Shown: one piece after another, positions 1-11,290 of the stretch
Numbering within the stretch: position 1 is the first letter of the stretch
Layout: every line of letters starts with the position of its first letter
Assembly (NCBI GenBank): GCA_002269645.1
Contig: NIVC01003839.1
Coordinates: forward strand, 1-64,000
Reading direction: 5' to 3'
DNA from: Macrostomum lignano
Lineage: Eukaryota
Length of the DNA: 64,000 nucleotides
Program-made: the position numbers and the translations under genes
Notes under the pieces: model-generated
The model's input: only the letters and a program-made list of their open reading frames with translations
Database searches by the model: none
Told to the model about the DNA's origin: nothing

Positions 1-35
1 GACCGACTTTGCCTGCAAGACAAAAAATGTCTTGC

Positions 36-690
36 CTAACCTGTAAACTTATGGGGCAAACGGATGCCCCCAAGCTCAGTAGATGAGGATAGTTGAGTCC
101 AGCATCCTTCTACTTCAACTGTCCAGCTCCAGCTGCCCGCCAGATTCGTCAACAACTTTTTCCGACTCCTCCAAGTCAACCGGAGCGACGCTCCTGCTCC
201 TGCTGTCGACGGCCTGTCCAAAGACGTCAGCCTGGTCCTCGAGGGCCGCGCCACCGCGCCAGCTGAGCCGCACGCGGTCACGCAGTTGTAGATGTGCACG
301 CAGGCCGACGCGGCCAGCGCCGAATTCACCGCCGCTAAGCCGGTCAGGATGGCCACGCAGATCGCGTCGGCTTCAGTCGGCAGCAGACGCCGATTTGCTG
401 CGCCAAACAGCAGCAGGCCGACCGCGGCGAGCTGTGCACAAGCGCCCGAGCCGGCGGTGAACACCGCAGCACCACAGGCGGGTCAGGCAGGCGGCGCCTT
501 CAGCAAACTGCGCCGAGCACAGTAAAGCTACGGAGGCCAAGCACAGAGCGGCACCGACGGCCGTAACGATAACAGCTGGCACGTCATTGGCCAGGCTGAC
601 GGACAGCCAGGCCAGAGGCGCGGCAGCCAGGCAGAGTGACAGCTGCAGCGCCGCGAAGCAGAACCAGAAGCGGCGTTCGTCAGTTTTCAT
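36..690 (-). pseudogene. Four-transmembrane membrane protein, frameshifted (pseudogene or assembly error)
   Basis: ATG at 690 in AAAAACATG context. ORF 373-690 carries two hydrophobic helices and ORF 36-464 two more. Removing one C in ACCCGCC (~480) joins the frames. No family can be assigned. Confidence 0.45.
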
Positions 691-1212
691 GTTTTTAGGC
701 TCATGTAAGAGTCACACTCTGCACTAGGCTGGGCTGGGGCCCCTGTAGCCTAAAACTCTGTCGATTTTATTTCATAATTGCCGTTGATAAGAGCCGTTCA
801 GATAAAGAGATCAGCGCTGAGCGGAGAGATCTGGCGAGAAAAACATTGAACGCGCAACATTTCTCCATGTGAGTTCGTTTACATGAGCACAGTATCTAAC
901 TAGATCATTTCTAACCAAGAAACTGAAATGTACAATTACGCGAAATACACGACTTTCAGTAGAAGAAAGCTACGCTTGCAAAATCGTGCAAAATTTCCCT
1001 TGAGGCTGCATGTTGATAGGAAGTTTTTTTTGTGTTTCTCAACACTAAACTGACACTACATGTATCTCACCATATGCTCTTTCAAATGTTGCAAATCAAG
1101 CAATTAGTGTGCATTTGTTTTCCTAGCTCAGTTCCCAAGTTTCTTAATCTTTGAAGTAAACAAGAGTTTGTTAAGTGACCAAAGTTTTAAAGATATTTCA
1201 GCCGGGTTTGTC

Positions 1213-2230
1213 CATAGATACTAAAATGACAAGATGGGCCACTCAGACACATATACTTAGTAAAACTGCTTTCTACTTTCAGTTCAGTACCAAAAAAGAA
1301 TACATAAGCTATTTTATAAAAAGGCAGCTGAAATGACTTTGATAAGTTTAGAAGCCCAAGCTTGCAGGCGTAAACAACTTGCTAATTGGTTCAGCAGTAA
1401 TGTAAATTAGCCAGTTCACTGAAATGTACATGGCAGCTTAGGCTGGAATTTCGAGAAAGGCAATTAAAAATTGAGGCGGGTGGGGGGTAGTGTGGAAGGG
1501 ACGCTTTCATAAGACCTAAATTTCACAACGCCTAAAACCACCACACTTCACAACACCTAAATTTCATATCGCCTAAATTTCACAACGCCTAAAATATTTG
1601 CACGCTCTTTCACATCGCCTAAATTTCACAACGCCTAAAACCGAAAATGCAGCATCCTTCACATCACCTAAATTTCATATCGCCTAAATTTCACAACGTC
1701 TAAAATCTTTGCTTCTCTCCTTCACATTCAGTTTTAGGTGTTATGAAATTTAGGCGATATGAAGTTTAGGCGATATGAAAGAGCATGCAGATTTTTAGGC
1801 GTTGTGAAATTTAGGCGATATGAAATTTAGGTGATGTGAAGTAGGATGCATTTTCGGTTTTAGGCGTTATGAAATTTAGGCGATATGAAATTTAGGCGAT
1901 ATGAAGGAGCGTGCAGAAATTTTAGGCGTTGTGAAATTTAGGCGTTGTGAAGGAGGCTGCATTTTCGATTTTAGGCGTTGTGAAATTTAGGCGTTATGAA
2001 ATTTAGGTGATGTGAAGTCACGTGCTTTAGGCGTTGTGAAATTTAGGTCTTATGAAGCGCCCCCGTGTGGAAAGGCGCGGTTGGAGGGTTCAAGCTGGAG
2101 GGGGGTAAGAGCCGATAAATGAGCCTTGGCTTGAAAAATACATTAGAATGCTTCTGTTTAACTTACTACTGAACTGAAAGTAGCTTACACGCAAATGTGC
2201 TGAGTGGCCCATCTTATTCTAGTAGCTGTG
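1213..2230 (-). mobile_element. MITE family A copy 1 (CA..TG termini, P/hAT-like), interrupted by a nested MITE
   Basis: Imperfect ~35-bp TIRs (CATAGATACTA... / ...TAGTAGCTGTG) and 8-bp TSD GGTTTGTC at 1205-1212 and 2231-2238. Homologous to 2952-3403 and 38608-38996. Confidence 0.85.
1498..2064. mobile_element. Nested foldback MITE with GG termini and subterminal tandem repeats (Merlin-like)
   Basis: TIRs GGGACGCTTTCATAAGACCTAAATTTCACAACGCCTAAA and its near reverse complement. 8-bp TSD GTGTGGAA at 1490-1497 and 2065-2072. Arms are built of CCTAAATTTCACAACG-type repeats. The empty site is visible in the other family A copies. Confidence 0.85.
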
Positions 2231-2951
2231 GGTTTGTCTAAGGTACGCTCGTCTCGTAAAAGTCCATTTCACAAAATTCGAGCAGCAGACCTTTGCGAAG
2301 TACATCTAGAGCGTGGACACAACTGCATTCTTGCCCGTTGCCGATGTCCCATAATCTTTCGTTAAGCTTTTGCTAGACTGTATAGAAAGGACATGAACCT
2401 GAACTCGTATAGCTTTGCCTGCAGTACCAAGTTTCAAACTGCTTGAAGTGAATTTATCGAGCTTATGCTCAGTGTGCTCGGTTCCGCCCATTCAATTGGT
2501 CATCACGCAACCAATGCAAATTCGAATTATAACGAAAAAACTGGGCCAACAAATTTGTTTTACTGCCAGATTGATAAATTTGCAGCCGTCCAGTTTTATT
2601 AAACGGAAATCAAAGCTGTCGTCACGCGGATGTTCGATTCAGCTTCCGGCAGGCGTCTCAGTTCATCGCACGGACCCTTCACACGCGAGACAGAGGGGTT
2701 TTGAGGAGGCGGGTGGGCATCGCTCGGTTCGGTGAGGGAAGAGGGGCAAAAGTGACAGTTCACAAGGCGCCGCTTCTCAGGACGCCGCAGTCTCAAGGCA
2801 GGCCGCCGCTGCTTCGCTTCCGTCTGCCGCTGAATTGACGACATGAAAAATGAAATGATGAGGCGTGCCCTACGATTCGTACTGAAAATTTGCATTGTTT
2901 GTCTAAAAAAACATTTTAAAACCACACTTGTACCCGTTCTACAGTACTATG

Positions 2952-3403
2952 GACAGCTACTAGAATAACCAGATGGGCCACTCAGCACATTTGCGTGTAA
3001 GCTACTTTCAGTTCAGTAGTAAATTAAACAGAAGCATTTTAATGTATTTTTAAGCCAAGGCTCCTTTATCGGTTCTTACCCCCTCCCAGCTTAAACCCTC
3101 CAACCGTGCCTTACCACACTACCCCCCCGCCCCGCCGCAATTTTTATCGCCTTTCTTGGAATTCCAGTCTAAAGCTGCTATGTACATTTCAGTGGACTGG
3201 CTAATGTACATTATGGCTGAACCAATTAGCAAGTTGTTTACGCCTGCAAGCTTGGGCTTCTAAACTTATCAAAAGTCATTTCAGCTGCTTTTATTTTTAT
3301 AAAATAGCTTATATTTTCTTCTTTGCTACTGAACTGATAGTAGAAAGCAGTTTTACTATGTATATATGCCTGAGTGGCTCATCTAGTTATTTTAGTATCT
3401 GTG
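2952..3403 (+). mobile_element. MITE family A copy 2 (uninterrupted, inverted relative to copy 1)
   Basis: Full-length homology to 1213-2230 minus the nested insert. TIRs present, no TSD detectable. Confidence 0.85.
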
Positions 3404-4868
3404 CTCCAACCTAAGGACTACTTAAGTAGGATGGGGAACTTCTTTTTAAATACTTTTTTAGACAACATCCACGATCTTCAATCAATCTCGTCAGCTGTTA
3501 TTATTTTTGTGTTGAAAAATTTAAAAGCTCCATCTCCGTATTGTATTTTTCGGGTAAAACCAGGATCTTATGACTTTTCTCAGAACCAAAGTCTCCCGTC
3601 CTTGCTTCTACCCTGCATTTCTACCGCAACTTGGAGCTGCTGCCCTATCAGAGCAGCAGAGTGAACTGGAAGAACAGCCTGATTAAATGGCTGCCTCAGT
3701 GGGAGGGATTGACGCAGTCAGCTGCGTACTAACCGTGGTCAACTCTGCTTAACTAGCAGCTACTCGGCTAGCAACTTGCCTGCATAGGACATTACGAGTA
3801 TATTAGAGAGCAGCAGTCCTGCAAAGCCTCACCTGGCATTGAGGTCGATGCCGTACTGGCCACCGCCGGTGCCCGCACCGCCCAGGGAGGCCAGAAGGTC
3901 GGCAATGCGATGATCGGAGCTCAGGCGCTTCACGGCTCTGCAGAGAGACCGCAGTACAGTGGATCACTCTATTGAACTAACAGATCCTTCAGTAAGTCTA
4001 CTGGCACTCCATGATAGACATCCAGATGGTATAATAGGCTAGGTGGTTTATGTCCCACCACCTGTGGTCTAAGCCATGGAGCATGGCTGGTCGATCGCTA
4101 TCAAAATTTGTATCACCAAGAAAATTTGTTTTCCTTATCTCATCTGAACTGATCCTGGAGAAGCCTTAAAAATTGGCGAGCATGCGGCATGAAATTTGCT
4201 AACGTGGCTTCCGATAAGGCGGTGCATCGATGTCGAAGGACCTTCGGTTCCTGTGACCCGGAGGATTACAGAGGCTCAGCCGCCGTCCAGCTAATGAGAT
4301 CCTGTCTTCGATTCTCGTCTCTTCTCAAGCGCCTCAAGTCGCTCAACGTGCTGAACAGTTGGGGCTTCCTCTTGCTTCCCTCTCTGGCAAGCGCAAGGCT
4401 CAAATTAAAAAAAGAAGAAAATTGAAAAAAGCAATCCGAGCTGAACGGAAAATACTGCATGGGGGTGGGGGACGCCGAACAGGACTGGCAAAAAAACTGT
4501 TGGAATTCTCCAGAATCTCTAAAAGAGATCGGAAATGAATTCTGAAGTGGTTGCTCTGCAGGGCGACTGGCTGACACTTAAGCTCGTCCCTCGTATTTGC
4601 AGTGCAGGTAAGACAATCCACCTATTCAAACAGCAGACCAGCTTTGATTGCGAGCCGATCGACGATGATGGTTCTCTCGAACTAATAACTTTTTCCCTTG
4701 GCATACGCCAGTGAGTTTATCTCGTATTGACACCTGACTGAACCCCCAAAGCAGTTGAAAACGGTGGAAACGCATGCGAACAAGCATGTCATACAATGAA
4801 AATTGTCCTAATACACAGTTTCTCTTTCAATTCGGGAGCTTTGTACTCAATTCTACTCTGCATCGCGA

Positions 4869-5232
4869 CTACCGCGCTATACAGATCCCTGGATTTGAGC
4901 ACGAAAACATTGGTCTGGGACTTTCCGCGCGATTCACGAGCCTTGAGGGCCAACCCAGAAGGCACAGACCGGTGTGTAATAGGAAGAGCGAGAGTGTGCC
5001 TGCGTGCGTATCCATGCGCGTGGTCAGAGGTCTTCCTTGGCTGCCGGTCAACTGACGTCTTGAAAAATACAATATTTCTGAATCTAAAAAACGAATCAAT
5101 TTGGGAACGCGCAAGAATCACACTGACTTACTGAAGCTCCTCGAATTCGTCGCTGTTAGCAGCAGGTGCGGCAAACGCGAGGCCCAACAGCAGGCAGGCC
5201 GCGAACATGATCAGCGCCAACTTCTTCTCCAT
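4869..5232 (-). CDS. Possible small secreted prepropeptide (two exons: 5232-5132 and ~5059-4869)
   Basis: MEKKLALIMFAACLLLGLAFAAPAANSDEFEEL is a strong signal peptide followed by an acidic segment. A canonical donor CA|GTAAGT follows at 5131, and acceptor TTTTTCAAG gives an open second exon ending CSNPGICIAR. Confidence 0.35.
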
Positions 5233-6319
5233 GCTGTTATCGCGGTAAAGCAAGTGATTCTCTCTGAAACCATGCCGGACATGGGAAGAAAGTTGCGACA
5301 GATGCAAAAAGAAATTCAATAGGATGGTGCGAGCTTGAGTTTCTGAGTCGCCCCCCCCCCACAAACTCCTACGATCGGCTTTCAACAGCTGATCAGTCCC
5401 ACTGGAGACGAGGTGGACAGCCAGAGGGGAGAGTGATTTGCATTATCGACCCAATTACTGGCCCAGAATTTGATTACGCATTGACTGCTCAAACTCGAGT
5501 AGAGATTGAATTCCATCACTGCGTGGCAATCCTGGGCTGGGTAAAACTAGACGAAGATTCTGACAGATAACATGGCGCACAAAGTGAGCCGCCGTCTTTA
5601 ACTTACTTGGAGCAGATTGAAAATAATTCCGTCGGGTTCTCCCGCTGTTCGGCTTTTTTTGGCAAATTCCTTGACGCAACGGAGCTGTGAGAGAGACAGC
5701 TCGGCTACGACCGGTTTTCTACTCTTTGTGCCCCTGTGGATTCACTGGCAGTGGCTAGTCTGGCACTGAACCAATAGGGAACTCTCCCATACAGGAAACC
5801 TGCCGTGCTGTCAATCCAGCTGTTGCGATAGGCGGAACCCCATGTTTGAAGCTTGAAGACCTCCACCTCTCTTTCTCTCTTCCAGCCACTACTGATTCTG
5901 TCCGAAGTCGATGATGGTTCAACACCACAAATGCGACTGGTGTATAGCAAGAGAAAAAAGAAATTGCATAAAAAAGAATAATAATCACGTTTTTATACCA
6001 TTGCATTAAAAGACGCACTATATTCCAAAAAAATGAAAACTTCTTGCCTAGCACTTTCGACTGTTTTGAGGTGTCTATTAGCATTCTGTGAAAGCTTAAG
6101 TTTGTAAGCTAGTGTAATGTTGACTCGGCAGCATGTACAAGTTTCCACTCCGAAACCATTGGTCAACTTTTCTTAGACCTCAGCCCCAGGTGACGCAATT
6201 CACGCCACGCCCGCGGTTCGCGTCTCAACTTTGGGTGATCCAATTTGCGTCACAAGGTCCACACGGTTAGCTGGCAGCATGCATAGAGAGTGCAGAGTAC
6301 GGCTAAGAGTGAATTAACC

Positions 6320-7163
6320 TTAAAAAGTCGGAAGAAGGTATGGGATGTGGTAGAACAAATCCTTCGACCAGTAACTGTTCAATTCAGGCTTCTTGTTTAG
6401 TCCCATGTAGAGCACAATGCCCACAAACTTCCGAATTTCATTTGGGCTACAGTCCTTCCACTGACATACCCTGTGCGGCACATCCGGCTCTTCCTGCACA
6501 TTCACGTACTCCTTCCAAGCTCTCGCATTTGTCCAGTCCGAAAGACGCTGAAACATGTTACCTGTCAAGAACTTCTCGACGAAGAAAGATTCATTATCAT
6601 CGGCTTGGTCCGGCAGATTCCAGGATGGATTGCAGCCAGTTGTTCTCAGAAATTCGAGACATTGATCCGGTCGTTCGTCGTCGTGCTCCGACACAATGTT
6701 CCAGGCTTCCTGTTGTTCCACAATTTCGTCTTCTTCTTGCTCCAAATTGGCCTCTATAGTGACTGACGCGAAACCGAGATAATTTGCTGAGTAAGACTTC
6801 GGCCCCGACTTGGGCATTGATTGCGATATATATTGTATATTTAAGAGCCAACCTAAGGGTTCGATACGAGAGAAACGTACATCCAATTACACGTACACCA
6901 ACATTGCACGTACATCAGCTCAATGTGCAGTTGGAATAAAATAGCCCGCGCAGAGAATGAGGGTAGCCGTGTATAACAGCCTCATCCTCGGAGTCCGAGT
7001 CAGCGCTGTCGTTGATTTCAGACTCGTCGGTGTCGGAATCGAGACCGAGTCTGCGTTTTGCGGCCAGTAAAGCCTGCCTTGGTGGAGGTCTTCTCGAAGC
7101 CATGCCTTTTGGAACACTTTGGGAATGTTGCGGATTAATATAAAACACTTCCGTCTGTGACAT
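6320..7163 (-). pseudogene. piggyBac (PGBD-type) transposase remnant, N-terminal part only
   Basis: WKDCSPNEIRKFVGIVLYMGLNKKPELNSYWSKD matches the conserved N-terminal block of piggyBac transposases. An acidic N-terminal segment lies in 6915-7163. The catalytic core is absent. Confidence 0.75.
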
Positions 7164-7201
7164 AAAGTTCTAAACTCACAGAGGACACAGACATACATCT
7201 A

Positions 7202-8530
7202 CTCCGTCTGTCCGGAAAGTCGTGAGAATGTATTTAAAAACCAGTCAGAACTATCAGAAAACACGATAACTGTACTAGTTGGTAATGTAATCTCCCCTTG
7301 CGTTGATTACAGCTTGGAAATGGTCAACGAGTCGCTGAACCTCTCTTTTCAAGCAATCGAAGTCAAGGCCTCTTGCCCATTGCAACGCAGCTTCTCGAAC
7401 TTGATTGTGGTCGCTGAACACTCGCCTGGAGAAATCAGTCTTCATCCAACTGAACAAAAAACGGTCGCAAAAATTGAAGTCTGGGCTGTAAGGACTCTGA
7501 AACACCAGCTGAACTCCCGGGACTCCATGTACTGCTGCATAGAACGAGCCACGTGAGGTCGCGCAATTGTCGGATGAATTGGCCTTGACCTGAGAGTACG
7601 CCATAGGTCTCCGGTGTGCCGAATGAACTCAACTATGCCATTTGCATCAACAGTTTGCTTTGGGGCTGTGAATTCAATGGAGAAGCGCTTGTTTGGAGTA
7701 AAAGCAACCAGAAGCATTGTCTTTGCATTGCCGACTGAGTGCCTGACAACCTGGGGCCGATGATCCCCTTGGCCAAGCCAGCACCTGTTGTTTTGCTTTG
7801 TGCCAGTGTTGTTCAGGTATATCACCCATGTCTCATCCTCCACCACGTACTTGTCACAAAAGTTTTCCATGCCCTCGTAAAAAAGCCTGCGAATTTGCTT
7901 GGCACAATTGATGCGAGCAGTCTTGTTCTCCTCGGATAGAGCATGCGGAACCCAGACAGCAGAAACGTTTCGAAGGTGCAAATCCTCAGTCAAAATTTCG
8001 TGCACTGTTGTTTTTCCAACTTCCAAAAAGTCAGCGAGGTCTCGGACACTAACTTTTTGATCCTCTTCAACAAGAGCTCGGCAGGTTTCGATCAGTTCCG
8101 CTGTCCTTGTTGACCGTGGCCGGCCAGTCCGAGGAGCTGAGACCGGGGGAAATTCTTCGTCACGGAACTTCGAATACCATCTGTAAACCGTTGACTGACC
8201 TGGTGCAGCATCTCCATAAACTTTGAGCAGCTCGTCATTGCAGCTGAGAGTGGAGATTCCAAGACGGTATCTAGCATAGGCATAACCCTGGAAGTCTTCC
8301 ATTTTGAAGAACTCGCAGTCAAAATTTTCAAGCTTGATCACCGCGTTGCATTTGCTATTGAGCACTTTATACTGAGCTCGCTCCTGCCCCTTATTTTGCT
8401 ACTAGAGTAACAAGGATTTTCACCATAGACATATATGAGTCTATTATTGAACATTTCTGTGTGCCACCTCAACAGCTTGCTGTTTTCTTACTTAATTGAC
8501 ACATTCTCACGACTTTCCGGACAGCCGAAG
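7202..8530 (-). mobile_element. mariner (DD34D) DNA transposon, full length, defective transposase
   Basis: 30-bp TIRs (CTCCGTCTGTCCGGAAAGTCGTGAGAATGT, 2 mismatches) flanked by TA at 7200-7201 and 8531-8532. Length 1329 bp. Confidence 0.93.
7275..8302 (-). pseudogene. mariner transposase with indels
   Basis: WVPHAL, DETW, disrupted DNARPH and YSPDFNFCD motifs. Spacing is D34D after correcting indels. Split over ORFs 7442-8365 and 7275-7604. Confidence 0.88.
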
Positions 8531-9744
8531 TATGTATAAAATCTTTCACTCTGTGGTCTTTCCGCCTGGAATGGGAATGCAGTGTTTGAGCAGAAAGAAA
8601 GTGTCTATGGCCCGATTTCGGCCCATCCGACTGAAACGGAGAGTGACAAATATCTTCACCGTCTTGAAGAGGTTTTAAAGCTGCCATTTGTGGACACTGG
8701 GATCAGTTGTGGAAACTTCAGCATGCTTCTGAGTGTAAATCAACTGAAATCAGGTACAAGCCAACTCCTCATAGTCTTCGTATCCATGAATTGGTCCTGT
8801 ATCCATGCTAATGCTTTAATGCGCTTTATCACTGTCCTTTGTTGATCATCTGCCAGCTGGAGTGTTATAATTCAATTTTGTTTGTCAGCGAAACTACATA
8901 TAAGATTGTCGATGATTACCACTTCAGCATATACAATGATATAACGATAACGATAGATCTCATTAGGAGTGTCATCTTTGCAGCGTTTCCAATCGAATTG
9001 AGTCCGGACAAGTTATCGATTTTATTGACTGTCTGCTGCTCGATTTTGCTTGGATTGACGTCCTTTGATCTTGAGCAGTTGCCAAGGTTGGCCACAGCTA
9101 CTAATGCTCGTAGATATGATTGCTCTGATTATCAGTACAAAGGACATATCTCTTAGTGTAAAATGTCTTGCAGTTCCTTCAAGCAGTGTCGTATCCATGA
9201 CTTTCATCAGGGGGTCACCAACCAGAAGTCACAACACCCATAGTTTAATGTGACTGTCAGGCTTACGAATTGACTGCATTTTTGCTCAAGCTAGAATGTT
9301 GGCTGCAACGTGCAATGTTGAATATACTGTAAATGTACAGGTTTTTCGGTCAAGTTCAAATAACTCAGTTCAAGTGCGACATATTCAAAGCCGGTGGCGA
9401 CAAGCCAAATGAAGTTGCAAATTGTCAATGCAGAGTCAACCAAAAGACCAATTCAAGTGCATCATAGTTATTTCAAGAGATGACATCAAGATCTAGCTAC
9501 CAGAATCGAAGAGACTATCAAGGACGCCAAGCAAGTCAGCGGCTCAGATCTGCGGGTGAATTATTTGTTAAAAAACAACAGGTGTTATGAGCGGCAGTTC
9601 CCAATCACCCAATAAAGTGCCCCAGGCAAGATTTTAGCGTCATTTTGGCTCCTAAAGAGAAGCAATTTTTCCTAAGCATTGATCTGGGGAAGTGTCTCCA
9701 TATTAACTTTAATAACAATACTAATTGATTACACCTGCCCTAAT

Positions 9745-10002
9745 GGTCAGTTGTGCAACCGACAGCTCAGCCGCAGCTATTGCGCGGCGCATCTGAAGGC
9801 TGCGTACGGCTGTTCAGTCCAAGGACTGGGGGGTCGCCACACACACCCTCAATTACCCCAGCTAATGCTGGCACCCATTTTACAGCTGGTTGAACTGAAG
9901 CAATGCAGATCGTTAAGTGTCTTGCTCAAGGACACATATTGTCCCGAGTGGGTCGAGAATCGAACCCCCGACCTTTCAGTCATGAGTCCGACCACTAGGC
10001 TT
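9745..10002 (-). mobile_element. tRNA-derived SINE copy 1
   Basis: B-box GGTTCGATTC and central block GTCCTTGAGCAAGACACTTAAC...CAGCTGTAAAATGGGTGCC. Highly similar to 28105-28380. Confidence 0.85.
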
Positions 10003-10829
10003 CATCTCCAAGTTTTTACAAACGAAATTTTTTACTCGTACTTCGCTCAAACATGAATATCTTCTGGAAAGATCCGCGAAGCGAATAACGGAGAACGAAA
10101 AATCAGACGCACGTATCCCGCGAGCTATTTCGCTTCCATCTTAATTGTTCGAACCTTGTCTGCAGTCCAGAAACCAGATACGCAGACACAGGTACAGACT
10201 GAGATAGAAATCGGACAGAAGTGAAGTTGGCTCTGCGAAGGGAAATTCGTGAAAAAAACAGCAAGAAAAATTTTCAGAGAAAAAATGAAACGCCGACAAG
10301 ATAACCAGGAGCTGAGAGGCGGCTTGAATACAAAACAATGACTACATGAATTGATTCGAGGCGAATTATGAATCATCAAGCAGGCTCGTACGAAACTGAC
10401 AGGGAGACATCATGCATCTACGTCAGTCGCGTCAGACTTAATGCGCCCATGATAGGCTAGACAACCGATTTCCAGCGAAAATCACCTGACAAATCTCATA
10501 ATAAACAATGACTGCACGTTTGCCTTTCGGTGCAAGTGACGAGCAGACAATGGATGCCTTTGTGACTCGTGAGTTAATTGTAGCGGTAGCTACCGTTTCT
10601 TTACGATAGCAACCGGCCATAGATTGCTAAGCCTTTGACTTGTGCCACAATTTTGTTACATTTGACTCTGCAAATGATAAATGACACAATTTAATTGGAC
10701 TTTTTTGAAGCTGTCAAGCGACTTCATCCGCAACCTAGAACTCGCTCAAGTACCAATATTCATGTAGTACACTGTTCTCATTTGTTCTCGTTGTACATGT
10801 TACTCGTTCTAGACTATAACAGGGTATTC

Positions 10830-11290
10830 TGGGACGCTAGAATTCGCGCGACTGGATTTCAGGCAAATGGACATTCACGCAGCTGCATTAGCGCGGCGCG
10901 ACTGCATTAGCGCGACTGGATTTTGAACAATCTGGAATTCAAGCGACTAAATTCAAGCGACTGGATTTAAATACATGCAAATACTCCTATCTAATCTAAA
11001 TCTATCTAAAATCTTAAATATGGGTTTAAAATCTCTTAAATGAAAAAACCCAATATCTCTACCAGGACTAATAAAGTAGTACGTACTACGTTGCTTAGTT
11101 GTCCTTAATTGATCTCTACATGTAACTCAAATCCAGTCGCTCGAAATCCAATCCAGTCGTGCGAAATCTAGTCGCTTGAAATAAGTCTAGAGAAATCAGT
11201 AACTTCAATTTCAATTCGCGCAAAATCTAGTCGCGCAGAAAACAAGTATAGCGCGAAATATATGGTCGCGAGAATTCTGCCAGTGTTCCA
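10830..11290. mobile_element. Foldback MITE-like element with inverted subterminal repeats
   Basis: The left arm repeats GCGACTGGATTT and the right arm repeats AAATCCAGTCGC around an AT-rich core. Termini and TSD are not resolved. Confidence 0.5.

Noticed and set aside
5423-6026. Polypurine tract followed by TG...CA segment suggesting an LTR
   Set aside because: No second LTR copy, no recognisable PBS or TSD, and no gag/pol sequence in the window.
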